The translations under genes were made by a program, and so were the position numbers. The notes under the pieces were generated by a model. That model was not told the origin of the DNA, searched no databases, and saw only the letters and a program-made list of their open reading frames with translations. This document shows, in pieces, positions 1-10,522 of a stretch of 64,000 bases of DNA (position 1 is its first letter; every line of letters begins with the position of its first letter). Source of the stretch: Promethearchaeota archaeon. Its GTDB lineage: Archaea > Asgardarchaeota > Hermodarchaeia > Hermodarchaeales > Hermodarchaeaceae. The stretch covers positions 32,001 through 96,000 of the forward strand of contig JBHLPH010000004.1 of assembly GCA_048939625.1 (NCBI GenBank). The letters are read 5' to 3'.

Positions 1-534
1 GTCTTTTCAAAGACCCAAAAAATCTATGATTCGGCTCGCGATGAGTTAGTGATAGATTACCTGGGATTTGGAGCGGCCGCTTTCAGCAAGGTAGGCGGTT
101 CTCAAATGGTCAATCCGCCTTTACCATTATATGTGGATATGCAACGGAATGACAAGGCGTTAGCTTTCCAGACAAAAGTGGATGAAACGTCAGAGTTTTG
201 GCGTAAATTTGCTCATGAACTCTATAATCTACAAATGGATTCCGAAGTCATTGAAGAGATGCCTAGAAGCATCAAATTTGTCCTCTCGATACTCCGGTTC
301 GCAGGACATGTAAAAGGAAACGAAGTGACTAAGAAAGGTCGATTTTTCGTCCATGATTTGACAAAAACCGTGGTTGAGAGTTTACCCTTTCCAATAAACA
401 ATCCGTTGGCAATCGTGAATTACCCTGAATATGAAGCCCTTCTCGAATCAGCGCAAGCGCTCCTTTTGAATAATGCTTCAGAAGTCGAGTCTCTCACGAC
501 AGCACCAGTGGATTCTGAACTGATTAATCGGTAG
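1..534 (+). CDS. C-terminal part of a HemN-like radical SAM protein (5' truncated by window)
   Basis: Frame open from base 1; 'DYLGFGAAAFS' resembles the YLGxGxxAxS motif of HemN-like proteins. Confidence 0.55.
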   Translation, partial: VFSKTQKIYDSARDELVIDYLGFGAAAFSKVGGSQMVNPPLPLYVDMQRNDKALAFQTKVDETSEFWRKFAHELYNLQMDSEVIEEMPRSIKFVLSILRFAGHVKGNEVTKKGRFFVHDLTKTVVESLPFPINNPLAIVNYPEYEALLESAQALLLNNASEVESLTTAPVDSELINR

Positions 535-625
535 ATGATGAGTACTAACATCCGCTATCAGAAATCATTTCATAAGAAGTCGCCTAATCCAATGAGGATG
601 TCTCCACTTTATGGTGCATCCAAGT

Positions 626-781
626 TCAGCAATCTGTGGGGATATCTAAAGAGTTGACGACGAGAAAATGAAAGCCATGATTCTCTGGTTCTTTGATGAG
701 TTTGGTGACCGGTGCACCACAATTTAGACATACCTCAACGGTATCAGGTAGTTTCTTTTCGCAAACTGGGCAATGAATCAT
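626..781 (-). CDS. Small zinc-ribbon protein, 51 aa (not in ORF track)
   Basis: Manual translation MIHCPVCEKKLPDTVEVCLNCGAPVTK...; two CxxC; GGTGA just upstream of ATG. Confidence 0.6.
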   Translation of the reverse strand: MIHCPVCEKKLPDTVEVCLNCGAPVTKLIKEPENHGFHFLVVNSLDIPTDC

Positions 782-880
782 GTCGGTCACCCACAGAAAG
801 GCGGTAACTTCACCCCTAAAAACTTCGGTGAACCAAGCAGTATCTAAAATTGCTAGATAAAAGATAGCTAGAAAACTTTG

Positions 881-1675
881 TTAGATTCCGAGATAGTCAC
901 CATGAATGAATTGGTGATTAAACCACGCCACGATGGCTTCCATGGTTTGTTCAAAGGCGATTGGGTTTGTGAGGTTATGATCAGCTCCTTGTACCACAAC
1001 CAGCTCTTTTGGTTCATTGGCAGCCTCGAAAAGCCGTTTTACCCCTTCTAGATCGATTCCTTGATCCGCGTCTCCGGTGATGATGAAAAGCGGGCAGGTT
1101 AGTTTGTGGATTTCTTTCATGGCATTATATTGCGTAGCATCCTGAATCATACGGTTAATGACTCCAGCCCGTATATCTGGTTCCGTAAGACCATGCATTA
1201 CATCCGGAGAGGTTCGTAACAATTCGTCAATTGCAGCAGGAACAACAGGCGATTGAGCAAAAGCAAGGGGATCATAAACTGGTGCACGTAGCGCTATTGC
1301 AGTGATCAAGGGATTGTTAATTGCTTCGATTATGGCGACAGTAGCCCCATAACTTGCGGCGTATAATCCAACCCATTCCGGTGAGATGTGACCAGATGCA
1401 AGGAAATGCTTCATAGCGGCTTGAGCGTCTTTAATCTCACCAGCCAAGCTGAAATAACCATCACTAGATCGAAAGCCACGAAAGTCGAAGGTTAGCACCG
1501 CAAAGCCTGCCTCGGCAAGCCTTGTGGCGATTCCACTAACCTGGTCTGAAGATCCAGGGAATCCATGAAACTTACAGATTCCAGCAAACACACCGTCGCC
1601 TTCTGGAAGCACGAAGTTACCTCGAATTGTTTCTCCCTCAGAAGAGAACATGGTTGGTAAAACGCGGATTGTCAT
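881..1675 (-). CDS. Alpha/beta-fold hydrolase
   Basis: HGF, FDFRGFRSS, nucleophile elbow ASYG, GDAD, ADH. Confidence 0.85.
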   Translation of the reverse strand: MTIRVLPTMFSSEGETIRGNFVLPEGDGVFAGICKFHGFPGSSDQVSGIATRLAEAGFAVLTFDFRGFRSSDGYFSLAGEIKDAQAAMKHFLASGHISPEWVGLYAASYGATVAIIEAINNPLITAIALRAPVYDPLAFAQSPVVPAAIDELLRTSPDVMHGLTEPDIRAGVINRMIQDATQYNAMKEIHKLTCPLFIITGDADQGIDLEGVKRLFEAANEPKELVVVQGADHNLTNPIAFEQTMEAIVAWFNHQFIHGDYLGI

Positions 1676-1843
1676 AAGATGACCTCTATTCTCTTGGGGT
1701 TATTTCGGTTTTAATACGGTTAACACTCCACTCCAAATCCCAATTTGCGGGTTACAATTTATATTCCTAGTGGTGTTGGCACTACTCAGCGACTGAGAAT
1801 TAGCAAAGAGTTTTGAGCCGAGACTTCACCTAATCGAGCCGGA

Positions 1844-3607
1844 GTGATACAAGTGAACAGAACAGATGATGTTTCCGTGTTAATTGGTGGCGAAGCAGGC
1901 GCAGGTATCTCCGCAGCAGGCATTTCATTAGGCAAGGTGTTCATGCGTGGGGGACTTCACGTGTTTGGCACCGTAGATTACCCCTCTCTGATTCGAGGTG
2001 GTCATAACTTTTACATGATCCGTGCGAGCAAGAATCCAGTCTATACTCAATGGGATACTCATGACCTTATTGTCGCTTTAGATGTAAACACAATTCAAAG
2101 GCATCTGAAAGCCCTCAAATCAGATGGGGGTATAATTTATGATAGCGATGAGATTAATGCCAAGATTTCGGATTTGCCAAAAAAAGTTGAGAATCTCTTT
2201 CCTATTCCCCTCACGAATATTGTTAAGGAAGTTCAAGGTCGCGATGTGGTTCGCAACACCATCGCCGTAGGTGCCACTTTGGGGATTTTAGGATTTAACA
2301 TAGAAATCCTTGAAAATATCCTTCAAGAATCCTTCGAACAAAAGGGCGACAAGGTTGTCAGTATGAATGTGAAAGCCGCTCGAGCGGGCTATGACTATGC
2401 TGTCACCCATTATGCGAACAAGCTTGCGCATCAACTGGCTCCTACGAAAAAGATCCAAAAGGATCGAATTTTTCTGAATGGTAACGAAGCTACAGCCTTG
2501 GGAGCCATTGCTGCTGGCTGTCAATTCTATGCTGCTTATCCTATGACTCCGGCATCAGGGTTACTACATTTTCTTATCGCCCAGGCTGAGAAATTTAACA
2601 TGATTACTATTCAAGCAGAAAGTGAGATTGCTGCAATTAATATGGCAATCGGTGCATCCTATGCTGGAGTTCGAGCCATGACCGGCACATCCGGCGGCGG
2701 ATTCTGCCTAATGACCGAAGCTCTCAGCATGGCGGCTATGACAGAAACTCCACTAGTAATTATGTTAGCCCAACGGACAGGCCCCAGCACTGGGCTCCCT
2801 ACATATACCGCACAGAGTGATCTCCGGTTCGCGATTCATGCTGCACACGGCGAGTTTCCACGAGTTGTGATTGCCCCCGGTGATGTAAATGAATGCTTCA
2901 AGTTTACAATTGATGCCTTCAATCTCGCTGACGAGTTTCAAATTCCGGTCATCTTACTCACAGACAAACAGCTTGTCGAAAGTTCGGCATCAATCTCGCC
3001 TTTCACCGCAGAGGGGGTTGAAATCAACCGAGGAAAACTTCTCCCCATGACCCCTTACTCCGGTAAAGAACCGTATTCACGGCATAAACTGACTAATGAT
3101 GGAATTTCGCCCCGTCTAATCCCAGGGACCCCTGGAGCCTTAATTCACTCTGACTCTGCGGTCCACAAAGAAAGTGGTTTCCAAGGCGATGATTGTGCTA
3201 TCGCTACCAAAATGGCAGATAAACGTTATCAGAAACTTCCAGCACTCTTCAAAACCCTAAAGACAAAACCCCTCATCAAGATGTATGGACCCAAAAAAAC
3301 AGATGTCACACTCGTAGGTTGGGGTTCAACCAAAGGAGTAGCCTTGGAAGTGCTTCGCCTCCTAGAAGCGGAGAACATCAAAGCAAACTTCCTGCAAGTG
3401 ATTTACCTTACACCGTTTCCAGCTGAGGAAATCAACGCAGCCTTGGAACGAAAGAACCTCGTTCTAATTGAGGGTAATCAGACTGGCCAGCTGGGAAGCC
3501 TCATCAAAGAGCATACAGGAATCGAAATACCACAACGCATCTTTCGCTATGATGGAAGGGCCTTCAATCCCTTGCAACTCACGCGACGCATCAAGGAGGA
3601 ACTCTAA
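1844..3607 (+). CDS. korA: 2-oxoacid:ferredoxin oxidoreductase alpha subunit (gamma-alpha fusion)
   Basis: GGEAGAG, IRGGHN, GNEA, YPMTPAS, ESEIAA, TSGGG motifs. Confidence 0.95.
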   Translation: MIQVNRTDDVSVLIGGEAGAGISAAGISLGKVFMRGGLHVFGTVDYPSLIRGGHNFYMIRASKNPVYTQWDTHDLIVALDVNTIQRHLKALKSDGGIIYDSDEINAKISDLPKKVENLFPIPLTNIVKEVQGRDVVRNTIAVGATLGILGFNIEILENILQESFEQKGDKVVSMNVKAARAGYDYAVTHYANKLAHQLAPTKKIQKDRIFLNGNEATALGAIAAGCQFYAAYPMTPASGLLHFLIAQAEKFNMITIQAESEIAAINMAIGASYAGVRAMTGTSGGGFCLMTEALSMAAMTETPLVIMLAQRTGPSTGLPTYTAQSDLRFAIHAAHGEFPRVVIAPGDVNECFKFTIDAFNLADEFQIPVILLTDKQLVESSASISPFTAEGVEINRGKLLPMTPYSGKEPYSRHKLTNDGISPRLIPGTPGALIHSDSAVHKESGFQGDDCAIATKMADKRYQKLPALFKTLKTKPLIKMYGPKKTDVTLVGWGSTKGVALEVLRLLEAENIKANFLQVIYLTPFPAEEINAALERKNLVLIEGNQTGQLGSLIKEHTGIEIPQRIFRYDGRAFNPLQLTRRIKEEL

Positions 3608-3632
3608 TACGGAATTGAAGGATGGATGAATA

Positions 3633-4496
3633 ATGGATAAACCAACTCGTGAAAGTATCAAAACCCAAGAAACCAACACCTGGTGCCCAGGATGTGGCAA
3701 TTTTGGTGTGCTCCGCGCATTACAGAGCGCAATCGTGGATTTGGGTCTTCCACAAGACCAGGTCCTGCTGGTAACAGGCATTGGTTGTCATGGAAAAATC
3801 TACAATTACGTTAACGTGAATGGATTTCATGGTATCCATGGACGTGTCCTTCCTGTTATGACAGGGATTAAATTGACAAATCATGACCTTACTGTCATTG
3901 GCCATGCTGGTGATGGTGACCAATTTGATGAAGGTTTAGGTCATTTTCCTCATGCCGCTCGACGTAATATCGATGTTAAGTTGTTCACTCATAACAACAA
4001 AGTCTATGGGTTAACGACGGGACAAACTTCCCCCACTAGCATCCAAGGATATGTAAGCAAAACCACACCTCACGGCTCATTCCCTCCTCGAATTGAACCA
4101 TTACAAATCGCTTTGGCTAGCAACGCATCATTTGTGGCGCGAGGATGGGTCGGTGATGTAGAGCATCTCAAGGAACTTATGAAGGCTGCTATCCAGCACA
4201 AGGGTTTTGCATTTGTCGATATGCTTCAAGTTTGTTTCACATTCAATCGGGTGCAAAATTTCCAGTACTACCGGAACCGTGTCTACAAGCTCGAAGAACA
4301 AGGACACGATGCTTCAGATCTAGCGGCCGCAATGAAACGAGCTAGTGAGTGGGGAGAGAAAATCCCCATTGGTATCTTCTACCGTGAAAATCGACCAGTC
4401 TATCGCAGTTCTTATTCCCAACTCGAAAAGTCGCCTTTAATCAAACAAGCTCCTCAAACTAAGAGGTTTGTTGAAGTCCTTCAAGAACTAGCTTGA
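3633..4496 (+). CDS. korB: 2-oxoacid:ferredoxin oxidoreductase beta subunit
   Basis: WCPGCG, GIGC, TPP-binding GDGD, YGLTTGQTSPT; follows alpha subunit. Confidence 0.95.
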   Translation: MDKPTRESIKTQETNTWCPGCGNFGVLRALQSAIVDLGLPQDQVLLVTGIGCHGKIYNYVNVNGFHGIHGRVLPVMTGIKLTNHDLTVIGHAGDGDQFDEGLGHFPHAARRNIDVKLFTHNNKVYGLTTGQTSPTSIQGYVSKTTPHGSFPPRIEPLQIALASNASFVARGWVGDVEHLKELMKAAIQHKGFAFVDMLQVCFTFNRVQNFQYYRNRVYKLEEQGHDASDLAAAMKRASEWGEKIPIGIFYRENRPVYRSSYSQLEKSPLIKQAPQTKRFVEVLQELA

Positions 4497-4528
4497 AAAA
4501 AAGAGGAAGAGTGCCTGCTAGCTCGGGG

Positions 4529-4966
4529 CTAAGCAGGCTTAATGAAGTAAGCTAAGTCGCCACCTTCAAGTTCTTGTGGTTCAATTTTGACTTTCATGCC
4601 CACTTTGGGTTTACTAGTTAAACCTTTCATGTGCCCAATGAGATGCAAATTATCTTCGAACTCGATGACACCGACCACATAAGGAACATTGGTTCGCCGA
4701 GCGATACCTTCGGGAGCAAAATGCACAATTGACCATGTGTAAAGTGTCCCTTCAGGATTCACTTCAAACCAAGTGAGGTCCTTACCACCACATGGGCAGG
4801 TAAATCGGGGTGGCATGAATTTCTTTCCACAAGACTTGCATTCTGTCGCCAGGAATTTACCTTCCTTCAGCCCATCAATGAACTTGCGAAATTCAGCAGT
4901 CATTCGTTGACGATGCTTAACATCCGAGGACAATTCTTGTACTAAACCTAGTTGGGGTTCACTCAT
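4529..4966 (-). CDS. DUF35 Zn-ribbon/OB-fold thiolase partner
   Basis: CxxCG...PPRxxCPCG, GTLYTWS; adjacent to thiolase. Confidence 0.9.
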   Translation of the reverse strand: MSEPQLGLVQELSSDVKHRQRMTAEFRKFIDGLKEGKFLATECKSCGKKFMPPRFTCPCGGKDLTWFEVNPEGTLYTWSIVHFAPEGIARRTNVPYVVGVIEFEDNLHLIGHMKGLTSKPKVGMKVKIEPQELEGGDLAYFIKPA

Positions 4967-4977
4967 AACATTTCACC

Positions 4978-6189
4978 TCAGGGCTCTAAAATGAAGACGT
5001 TCACAAACTGACCATGTTGGCCAACATTGTGACACAATGCAACTTTTACATCGGGAACTTGACGTTCTTTTTCTGCTTTGCCGAAGACTTGCTTGTAAGC
5101 GTCAACGACCTGTCCGATACCGGTAGCGCCTAAGGGGTGACCCTTAGATTTGAGTCCGCCATCAACATTTACAGGAACTCCTGGTCCGTCAATGTAGGGT
5201 CCACGTTCTTCAGCCCATTTACCTCCTTGACCTCGTTCACAGAAACCAAGATCTTCATAAGCCATGACTTCGGCAACGCTGAAGCAGTCGTGAACATAGG
5301 CGACATCAATATCCTTAGCAGAGCGGCCCGATGATTTATACGCCATCTCCCCAGCTCTCACTGACCCACTCAGATTTGTAAGATTTGGACGATCAGTAAC
5401 ACGCATTGTGTCTGAAGAACAACCAAGACCAGTAATCCAGAGTGGATCACTTGACATCTCCTTCGCTTTTTCTTCATTTGCTAGAATGACGGTTGCAGAA
5501 CCATCGCTAATCAAGCAACAGTCATAGAGGCGAAGGGGTAAGGCAATGGGGACGGCGTTATTAGCATCTTCAATCGAGACTTTTCGACGCAGATGTGCTA
5601 ATTTGTTATAGTAGCCATAATAATGGCTTTTCACTGACACTGCAGAAAGCTGGTCACGTGTAAGTCCATCAACAGCCATCTTTCGTGCAGCGTAAAGGGA
5701 GTAGAAAGTTGGAAAACTAATTCCATAAGGATACTCCCACCTGTGGTCTCCAGCCACTGACATCAATTCAGTTGCGTAAGCAGTGGATACCCAGGTCATT
5801 GTTTCAACGCCGATGGCTGCCATGACATCGAATTGCCCAGATGCAATCTGTGCCCAGGCTGTTCTGATAGCAGTGGAGCCAGTAGCGCATGCAGTTTCAA
5901 CGCGCATTGTGGGTTTGCCAATAATACCGACTTCATCAGCGATGAGTGCGGCAGCAGCACCTTGGCCTGCAAATGCTTCTGCGGCAATGCCGATAACACT
6001 GGCTTCGACATCACCATTTGTAATTCCTGCATGTTCGAGGGCAGGAAAGTATGATTCGTGTGCCAGTTCTCGGATTGTGACGGCGGGATAGGTGGCTTTC
6101 TCGCCTTCAATGTCTTCTTCGATGATTTGGCCGCGTTTGCCGTATTTGCTGTGACCAACGCCCACAATGGCGACTTTTGGTAGTGCCAC
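4978..6189 (-). CDS. Thiolase (archaeal/SCP-x type)
   Basis: ETACATG, HDCFS, GGLKSKGHPLGATG. Confidence 0.93.
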   Translation of the reverse strand: MALPKVAIVGVGHSKYGKRGQIIEEDIEGEKATYPAVTIRELAHESYFPALEHAGITNGDVEASVIGIAAEAFAGQGAAAALIADEVGIIGKPTMRVETACATGSTAIRTAWAQIASGQFDVMAAIGVETMTWVSTAYATELMSVAGDHRWEYPYGISFPTFYSLYAARKMAVDGLTRDQLSAVSVKSHYYGYYNKLAHLRRKVSIEDANNAVPIALPLRLYDCCLISDGSATVILANEEKAKEMSSDPLWITGLGCSSDTMRVTDRPNLTNLSGSVRAGEMAYKSSGRSAKDIDVAYVHDCFSVAEVMAYEDLGFCERGQGGKWAEERGPYIDGPGVPVNVDGGLKSKGHPLGATGIGQVVDAYKQVFGKAEKERQVPDVKVALCHNVGQHGQFVNVFILEP

Positions 6190-6280
6190 TTATTTTTCAC
6201 CTATGTATTGTTCGTATCGTGATACTTCTATCGCGGTTTTCGCTAATAGAATCTTTTGTTGTATTAGTTTAGCTGTGTGT

Positions 6281-7093
6281 TTACTTGCCCTTAAATTTGG
6301 GTTTGGATTTAGAGAACACTGCAGCAATTCCAGTTGAAAGATCTTCAGTATCGAAGGTGGCTAGCATGCCTTCTAGTTCAGTGACATTACCTTTCTCTAC
6401 GGGAACGTCAAAGGAGTGGTTGATTGCGTCTTTAGCCAACTTGAGAGCAATAGGTGCATTATCGGCAAGTGATTGTGCTAGGAACAGGGCTTCACCATGG
6501 AGTTCGTCGCTGGGGACCACCTTGTTTACTAAACCCATTTCGAGGGCTTCATCAGCGAGCACGTCACGACCTGTTAGAACAATTTCCTTGGCTCGGCCCA
6601 TGCCAACAACTCGTGGTAGGCGTTGGGTTCCACCCCAACCTGGGATGAGGCCAAGTTTTACTTCGGGATTGCTGAATTTAGTCTCCTTCGAAGCGACACG
6701 TAAATCACAGGCCAGGCTCATTTCTAATCCTCCGCCCATACAAAGGCCGTGGATTTCAGCGATAAATGGTTTAGGAAAGGCTTCAATACGCCGGAATAGC
6801 TTTTGTCCGGATTCCATGAATTCTTTCGCCATTTTCCTATCTTGAGCCATTTGTGCTGCTGCTGTAAGATCGGCTCCTACTGAGAATGCTTTCTCGGAAG
6901 CAGATCGAATGATAACGGCACGAACGTTGTTGTCTTTTTCGATTTTATCCAGAACATCATTCATATCTTTAATGAGCTCTGGTCCAATCGCGTTGAGTTT
7001 TCCAGGACGGTTTAGGGTGATAACTCCGATTTGTTCTTCTTCGGCAAGAAAGTGCCCTTCAACCGCATAGGTGATAGTTTCATAATCTGCCAT
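6281..7093 (-). CDS. Enoyl-CoA hydratase/isomerase
   Basis: LNRP, FSVGADL, GGGLE, PEVKLGLIPGWGGTQRL. Confidence 0.95.
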   Translation of the reverse strand: MADYETITYAVEGHFLAEEEQIGVITLNRPGKLNAIGPELIKDMNDVLDKIEKDNNVRAVIIRSASEKAFSVGADLTAAAQMAQDRKMAKEFMESGQKLFRRIEAFPKPFIAEIHGLCMGGGLEMSLACDLRVASKETKFSNPEVKLGLIPGWGGTQRLPRVVGMGRAKEIVLTGRDVLADEALEMGLVNKVVPSDELHGEALFLAQSLADNAPIALKLAKDAINHSFDVPVEKGNVTELEGMLATFDTEDLSTGIAAVFSKSKPKFKGK

Positions 7094-7122
7094 TTTCGTT
7101 TTTCCTCCTACTTGATTGAATT

Positions 7123-7983
7123 TTACGAGTATTCGTGAAATCCTTTACCAGATTTCATACCCAGTTCGCCTTTTTCCACCTTTTCCAACAGCAACTTAGG
7201 TGTGGAATAGCAATCACCAAAACCTTCGTGTAAGGTTTTTGCAGTTGCGGCAGCGATGTCCAATCCGACAAAGTCAGCTAGGGTCAAAGGACCCACAGGA
7301 TGATTAGCCCCAAGTTGCATAGCAGTATCGATATCTTCAGCCGTAGCAAGACCTTCCTGGAGAATCCGAATAGCTTCACCCATTAGAGCTCCAAGAATGC
7401 GGTTCACAATGAAGCCAGGTGAATCTTTTACCTTCACAGGCGTCTTATCGAGCTTTTTACTGAACGCAATCGCTGTTTCAATCGTTTCCTCAGAGGTCTT
7501 TTCTCCAACCACAATCTCCACTAATTTCATCGTGTACGGCGGATTGAAAAAGTGTGTTCCTACAACTTTCTCTGGACGCTTGGTTACAGTAGCCATTTCG
7601 GTAACACTAAGACTTGAAGTGTTGGTAGCAAAGATTGTGTCGGGGCGAGCGGCTGTATCCATTTTTTTAAAGAGTTCTTTTTTGGCTTCCATGTTTTCGT
7701 AGATGGCTTCAACAATCAGGTCGACATCTTTGACGGCTTCAGCGACATCAAGGACTGGTTTGATGCCGTCAACAATAGCTTTGGCTCCTTTCAGATCGAG
7801 TTTGCCCTTGTCAACGCCAGTTTTGACCATAGATTTGATTTTGTTCATGCCATTGGTGATGAATTCCTGTTTGATATCGTTGAGGTTGACTTCAATGCCG
7901 TATCGGGCAGCTTGGTAGGCGATGCCTGTGCCCATAGCACCCGCGCCGATAACGGCGATGCGTTTGATTTCCATTTTTTTCAC
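7123..7983 (-). CDS. 3-hydroxyacyl-CoA dehydrogenase
   Basis: GAGAMG, EAIYE, TNTSS, HFFNP, PGFIVNR, GKGF. Confidence 0.95.
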   Translation of the reverse strand: MKKMEIKRIAVIGAGAMGTGIAYQAARYGIEVNLNDIKQEFITNGMNKIKSMVKTGVDKGKLDLKGAKAIVDGIKPVLDVAEAVKDVDLIVEAIYENMEAKKELFKKMDTAARPDTIFATNTSSLSVTEMATVTKRPEKVVGTHFFNPPYTMKLVEIVVGEKTSEETIETAIAFSKKLDKTPVKVKDSPGFIVNRILGALMGEAIRILQEGLATAEDIDTAMQLGANHPVGPLTLADFVGLDIAAATAKTLHEGFGDCYSTPKLLLEKVEKGELGMKSGKGFHEYS

Positions 7984-8110
7984 CTTAATGGTATTCGACC
8001 ATGAGAAGTGTGTTAAAGTAGTTATGCGGAACTTGGTTGTCCTATTTTAATTCAACTAAGCATCGAAAATAGGACCCACCGAGAGAGTACAAAGAAAAGT
8101 TAGTAACGGA

Positions 8111-9496
8111 TTAGAGGAGTTCCTGTGTGCGAATACGCCGGAGTTGAAGTTTTAGTCGAACGAACCTGCGATCATATTCTGCTTCCGTAATAGAACCAGA
8201 GCTGAGTGCTGCTTCGAGTTGTTTCAGTTCTTCAACGATTTGTGCTTCGTTACTCGAAACGATATGCTCCAATGAAGCTGATGAGGAACGATGAGGTTGA
8301 GTGGCTTCTACAGTAACAGGTATGGGTGGCATGCGAGTAGAATGGATTCCTGGTTCTTCGGATGTTATTACCTGAGGTAGTTCTTGTGGAACAACTGTCG
8401 GTGCAAGTTCGGGTGGAGGTTCTTTCTTAGCTTCCATTTTCATTCGTGGTGCTATTACAGGTTTTTCAGATGGTTTCGCTAACATGAATTCGAGTTCTGA
8501 GATGAGTGCGGGGTTGAGGACGTATTTTTTGAGAACAGTTATTCCCGCGTTTTCGGGCTCGGTAATGTTGTGGCAGGAATGGCAGACGAAGATCATTTGA
8601 GGGTGTTTGAAAGAGGAATTACACTGGGGGCATTGGTATCCACGGAAGACCCGGAATTCAGCTTCGTCTCTGGTGCTGATGCCACAGCGGTTACAATAGA
8701 TTTCTTGGTCTTCGGTGATTTTGACACTAACTGTCCCGCAGGTCAGATGTTCGAAGAGCTCGACAGGCTGTGCAGAGGTTTGGCAGCCGGGGCAAAGGAT
8801 ATGGGGATGTAAGTGAAGAGAGTTGCATTTAGGACAAGCCAATGAACTATCAGTCGGTTCAGGAAGGAGGATGCCATAATCAGCTAGACATTCGAGGAGT
8901 TTCATGGCTTCCTCATCATCTAGTCCGGTAATAGAAGAGACGAGGGGATATGAATACCCGATTTTAGTTGTGGCTAGTTCTGGCATCAATTCTCCTTGTT
9001 GTCGAGAAAGAAGGGACTTGATGAGGATTCGGACTTTTTCTTCTCGGAGAATGGCAAGTTCTGCTAGATCTGAAGGCGCTTTACGGGTAGCAAACTCTTC
9101 AAGTTCACTAGTTATGACCTCAAGCAGTTCATTACGAAATTCAATGGTGACGGCTTTGAAGCCATCGGGTTCACGATGCTGATGTGCCAAGATAGGATCG
9201 ATTTGAGCCTCGAGGTTGTCAAAGAATGGATCATATCGGGCTTCGGGGTCCCGAGCACCAACAGCAAGTACCTTCATTAAGACGCGTCCTCGCCGAATGA
9301 GTAGTTTGAAATTCCCCATGGCAATGGAGCTCAATTTTCCTCCCGAAGTTTCTTGGGCGAAATCATGACTTGCTGCAATGAAACCTGAAAATAGATCGGG
9401 GTTAAAGGCGAATCCTGGCACGGTGATATGCGTGAGGAGTAGTCCACTGTTTGCATCGATTAGCCAGATGCCGTAAAGTACCATTGTGGCATACAC
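8111..9496 (-). CDS. Multidomain protein: longin-like N-terminus, Cys-rich TackOD1-like domain, Pro-rich linker, SHOCT-like tail
   Basis: N-terminal 'WLIDANSGLLL...DLFSGFIAA..DFAQE'; several CxxC plus 'EHLTCG'; C-terminal 'GSITEAEYDR'. Confidence 0.6.
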   Translation of the reverse strand: MYATMVLYGIWLIDANSGLLLTHITVPGFAFNPDLFSGFIAASHDFAQETSGGKLSSIAMGNFKLLIRRGRVLMKVLAVGARDPEARYDPFFDNLEAQIDPILAHQHREPDGFKAVTIEFRNELLEVITSELEEFATRKAPSDLAELAILREEKVRILIKSLLSRQQGELMPELATTKIGYSYPLVSSITGLDDEEAMKLLECLADYGILLPEPTDSSLACPKCNSLHLHPHILCPGCQTSAQPVELFEHLTCGTVSVKITEDQEIYCNRCGISTRDEAEFRVFRGYQCPQCNSSFKHPQMIFVCHSCHNITEPENAGITVLKKYVLNPALISELEFMLAKPSEKPVIAPRMKMEAKKEPPPELAPTVVPQELPQVITSEEPGIHSTRMPPIPVTVEATQPHRSSSASLEHIVSSNEAQIVEELKQLEAALSSGSITEAEYDRRFVRLKLQLRRIRTQELL

Positions 9497-9673
9497 CTCG
9501 CACTTGAAAGAATCCTGAATTAGAGGAGTGTCTTTCAGTTCCCGCAGATAACCAAAGATGCATAAAGCCGCGTTTTATCCGAGCTTTGGCAATTCTGCCT
9601 CTGCCGAACATCCCATTTAATACTGTTCCTTCTTGCGAATTTCCCAAAGAAAAATGGAGTTTCACGTAATCCG

Positions 9674-10486
9674 CTAGACTTGACATTGTCGACAGAAATT
9701 CGCAACTCGCAGCCCGGATTTCACCGAGGAAATCGTTGTTGAACACACAGGACAGCGTGCACCACCTTTCCCGTGCACCTGAAGAAAATCACGCACTTCA
9801 AATTGAAGTTCATCCCCAACTCGAGAAGAAATCGTTTTGATGGCATGTTGAAGCACCGATTTCATCGCTGAATATAACGTGTCGATTTCAGTTTCCGTTA
9901 AACTGGATCGCCTTCGAAAGGGTAACACATGGGCTGCAAACAAAATTTCATCTGCATAGGCATTGCCAAGACCAGCAATGAAACGTTGATTGACCAAGAC
10001 ATGTTTAATGAGCGCATTGAATTGCCGAATACGACTTCGAAACACAGCGAGTGTTAAAGCTGAATCAAGTGCATCTGGGCCTTGACTATCGTAGTTGGGG
10101 ATCAATGATGTGGGTTCTCCTTCAAATAATAGATAGAGTTTACCCATGTTTTTGGCATCAATATACCGTAAGTCCCAGCCAGTATCAAGTTGAAGCCGGA
10201 ATCCCATTTTTTTCTGTTTCTTCGTCGAAGGGGATTGAAGCCTGAGTCTTCCAGCAAGCATGAAATTAATGAATAATCGCGCTTCGGGGCTGAAATGAAA
10301 AATAAGGACCTTCCCGTAACGTGAGAAGGCTTTGAGGGAACGGTTTCGGAGTTCTTGATTGAATTGCTCTGCGGTGGGTCGCCGTAGTAGGATTGGGCTC
10401 CCGATTTCCGCGTGCTGGATAGTTCGTCCAGTGAGGGTCCGGTTGAGCACATCTTTGGCTACTTCAAGGTCTGGTAACTCGGGCAC
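9674..10486 (-). CDS. mutM: Fpg/Nei family DNA glycosylase
   Basis: N-terminal PELP, RYGK, H2TH GLGNAYADE, C-terminal CPVC...CRQCQ zinc finger. Confidence 0.9.
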   Translation of the reverse strand: MPELPDLEVAKDVLNRTLTGRTIQHAEIGSPILLRRPTAEQFNQELRNRSLKAFSRYGKVLIFHFSPEARLFINFMLAGRLRLQSPSTKKQKKMGFRLQLDTGWDLRYIDAKNMGKLYLLFEGEPTSLIPNYDSQGPDALDSALTLAVFRSRIRQFNALIKHVLVNQRFIAGLGNAYADEILFAAHVLPFRRRSSLTETEIDTLYSAMKSVLQHAIKTISSRVGDELQFEVRDFLQVHGKGGARCPVCSTTISSVKSGLRVANFCRQCQV

Positions 10487-10522
10487 AGTGCTCCGCTCGC
10501 ATCTATCTTTCCAGATGAGGAT

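Noticed and set aside
584-781. Selenocysteine read-through at TGC-TGA of the micro zinc ribbon (also considered for the TGA of peptide A)
   Set aside because: Extensions show no recognisable motif, no SECIS was identified, and B and C end at the equivalent position with TAA and TAG.
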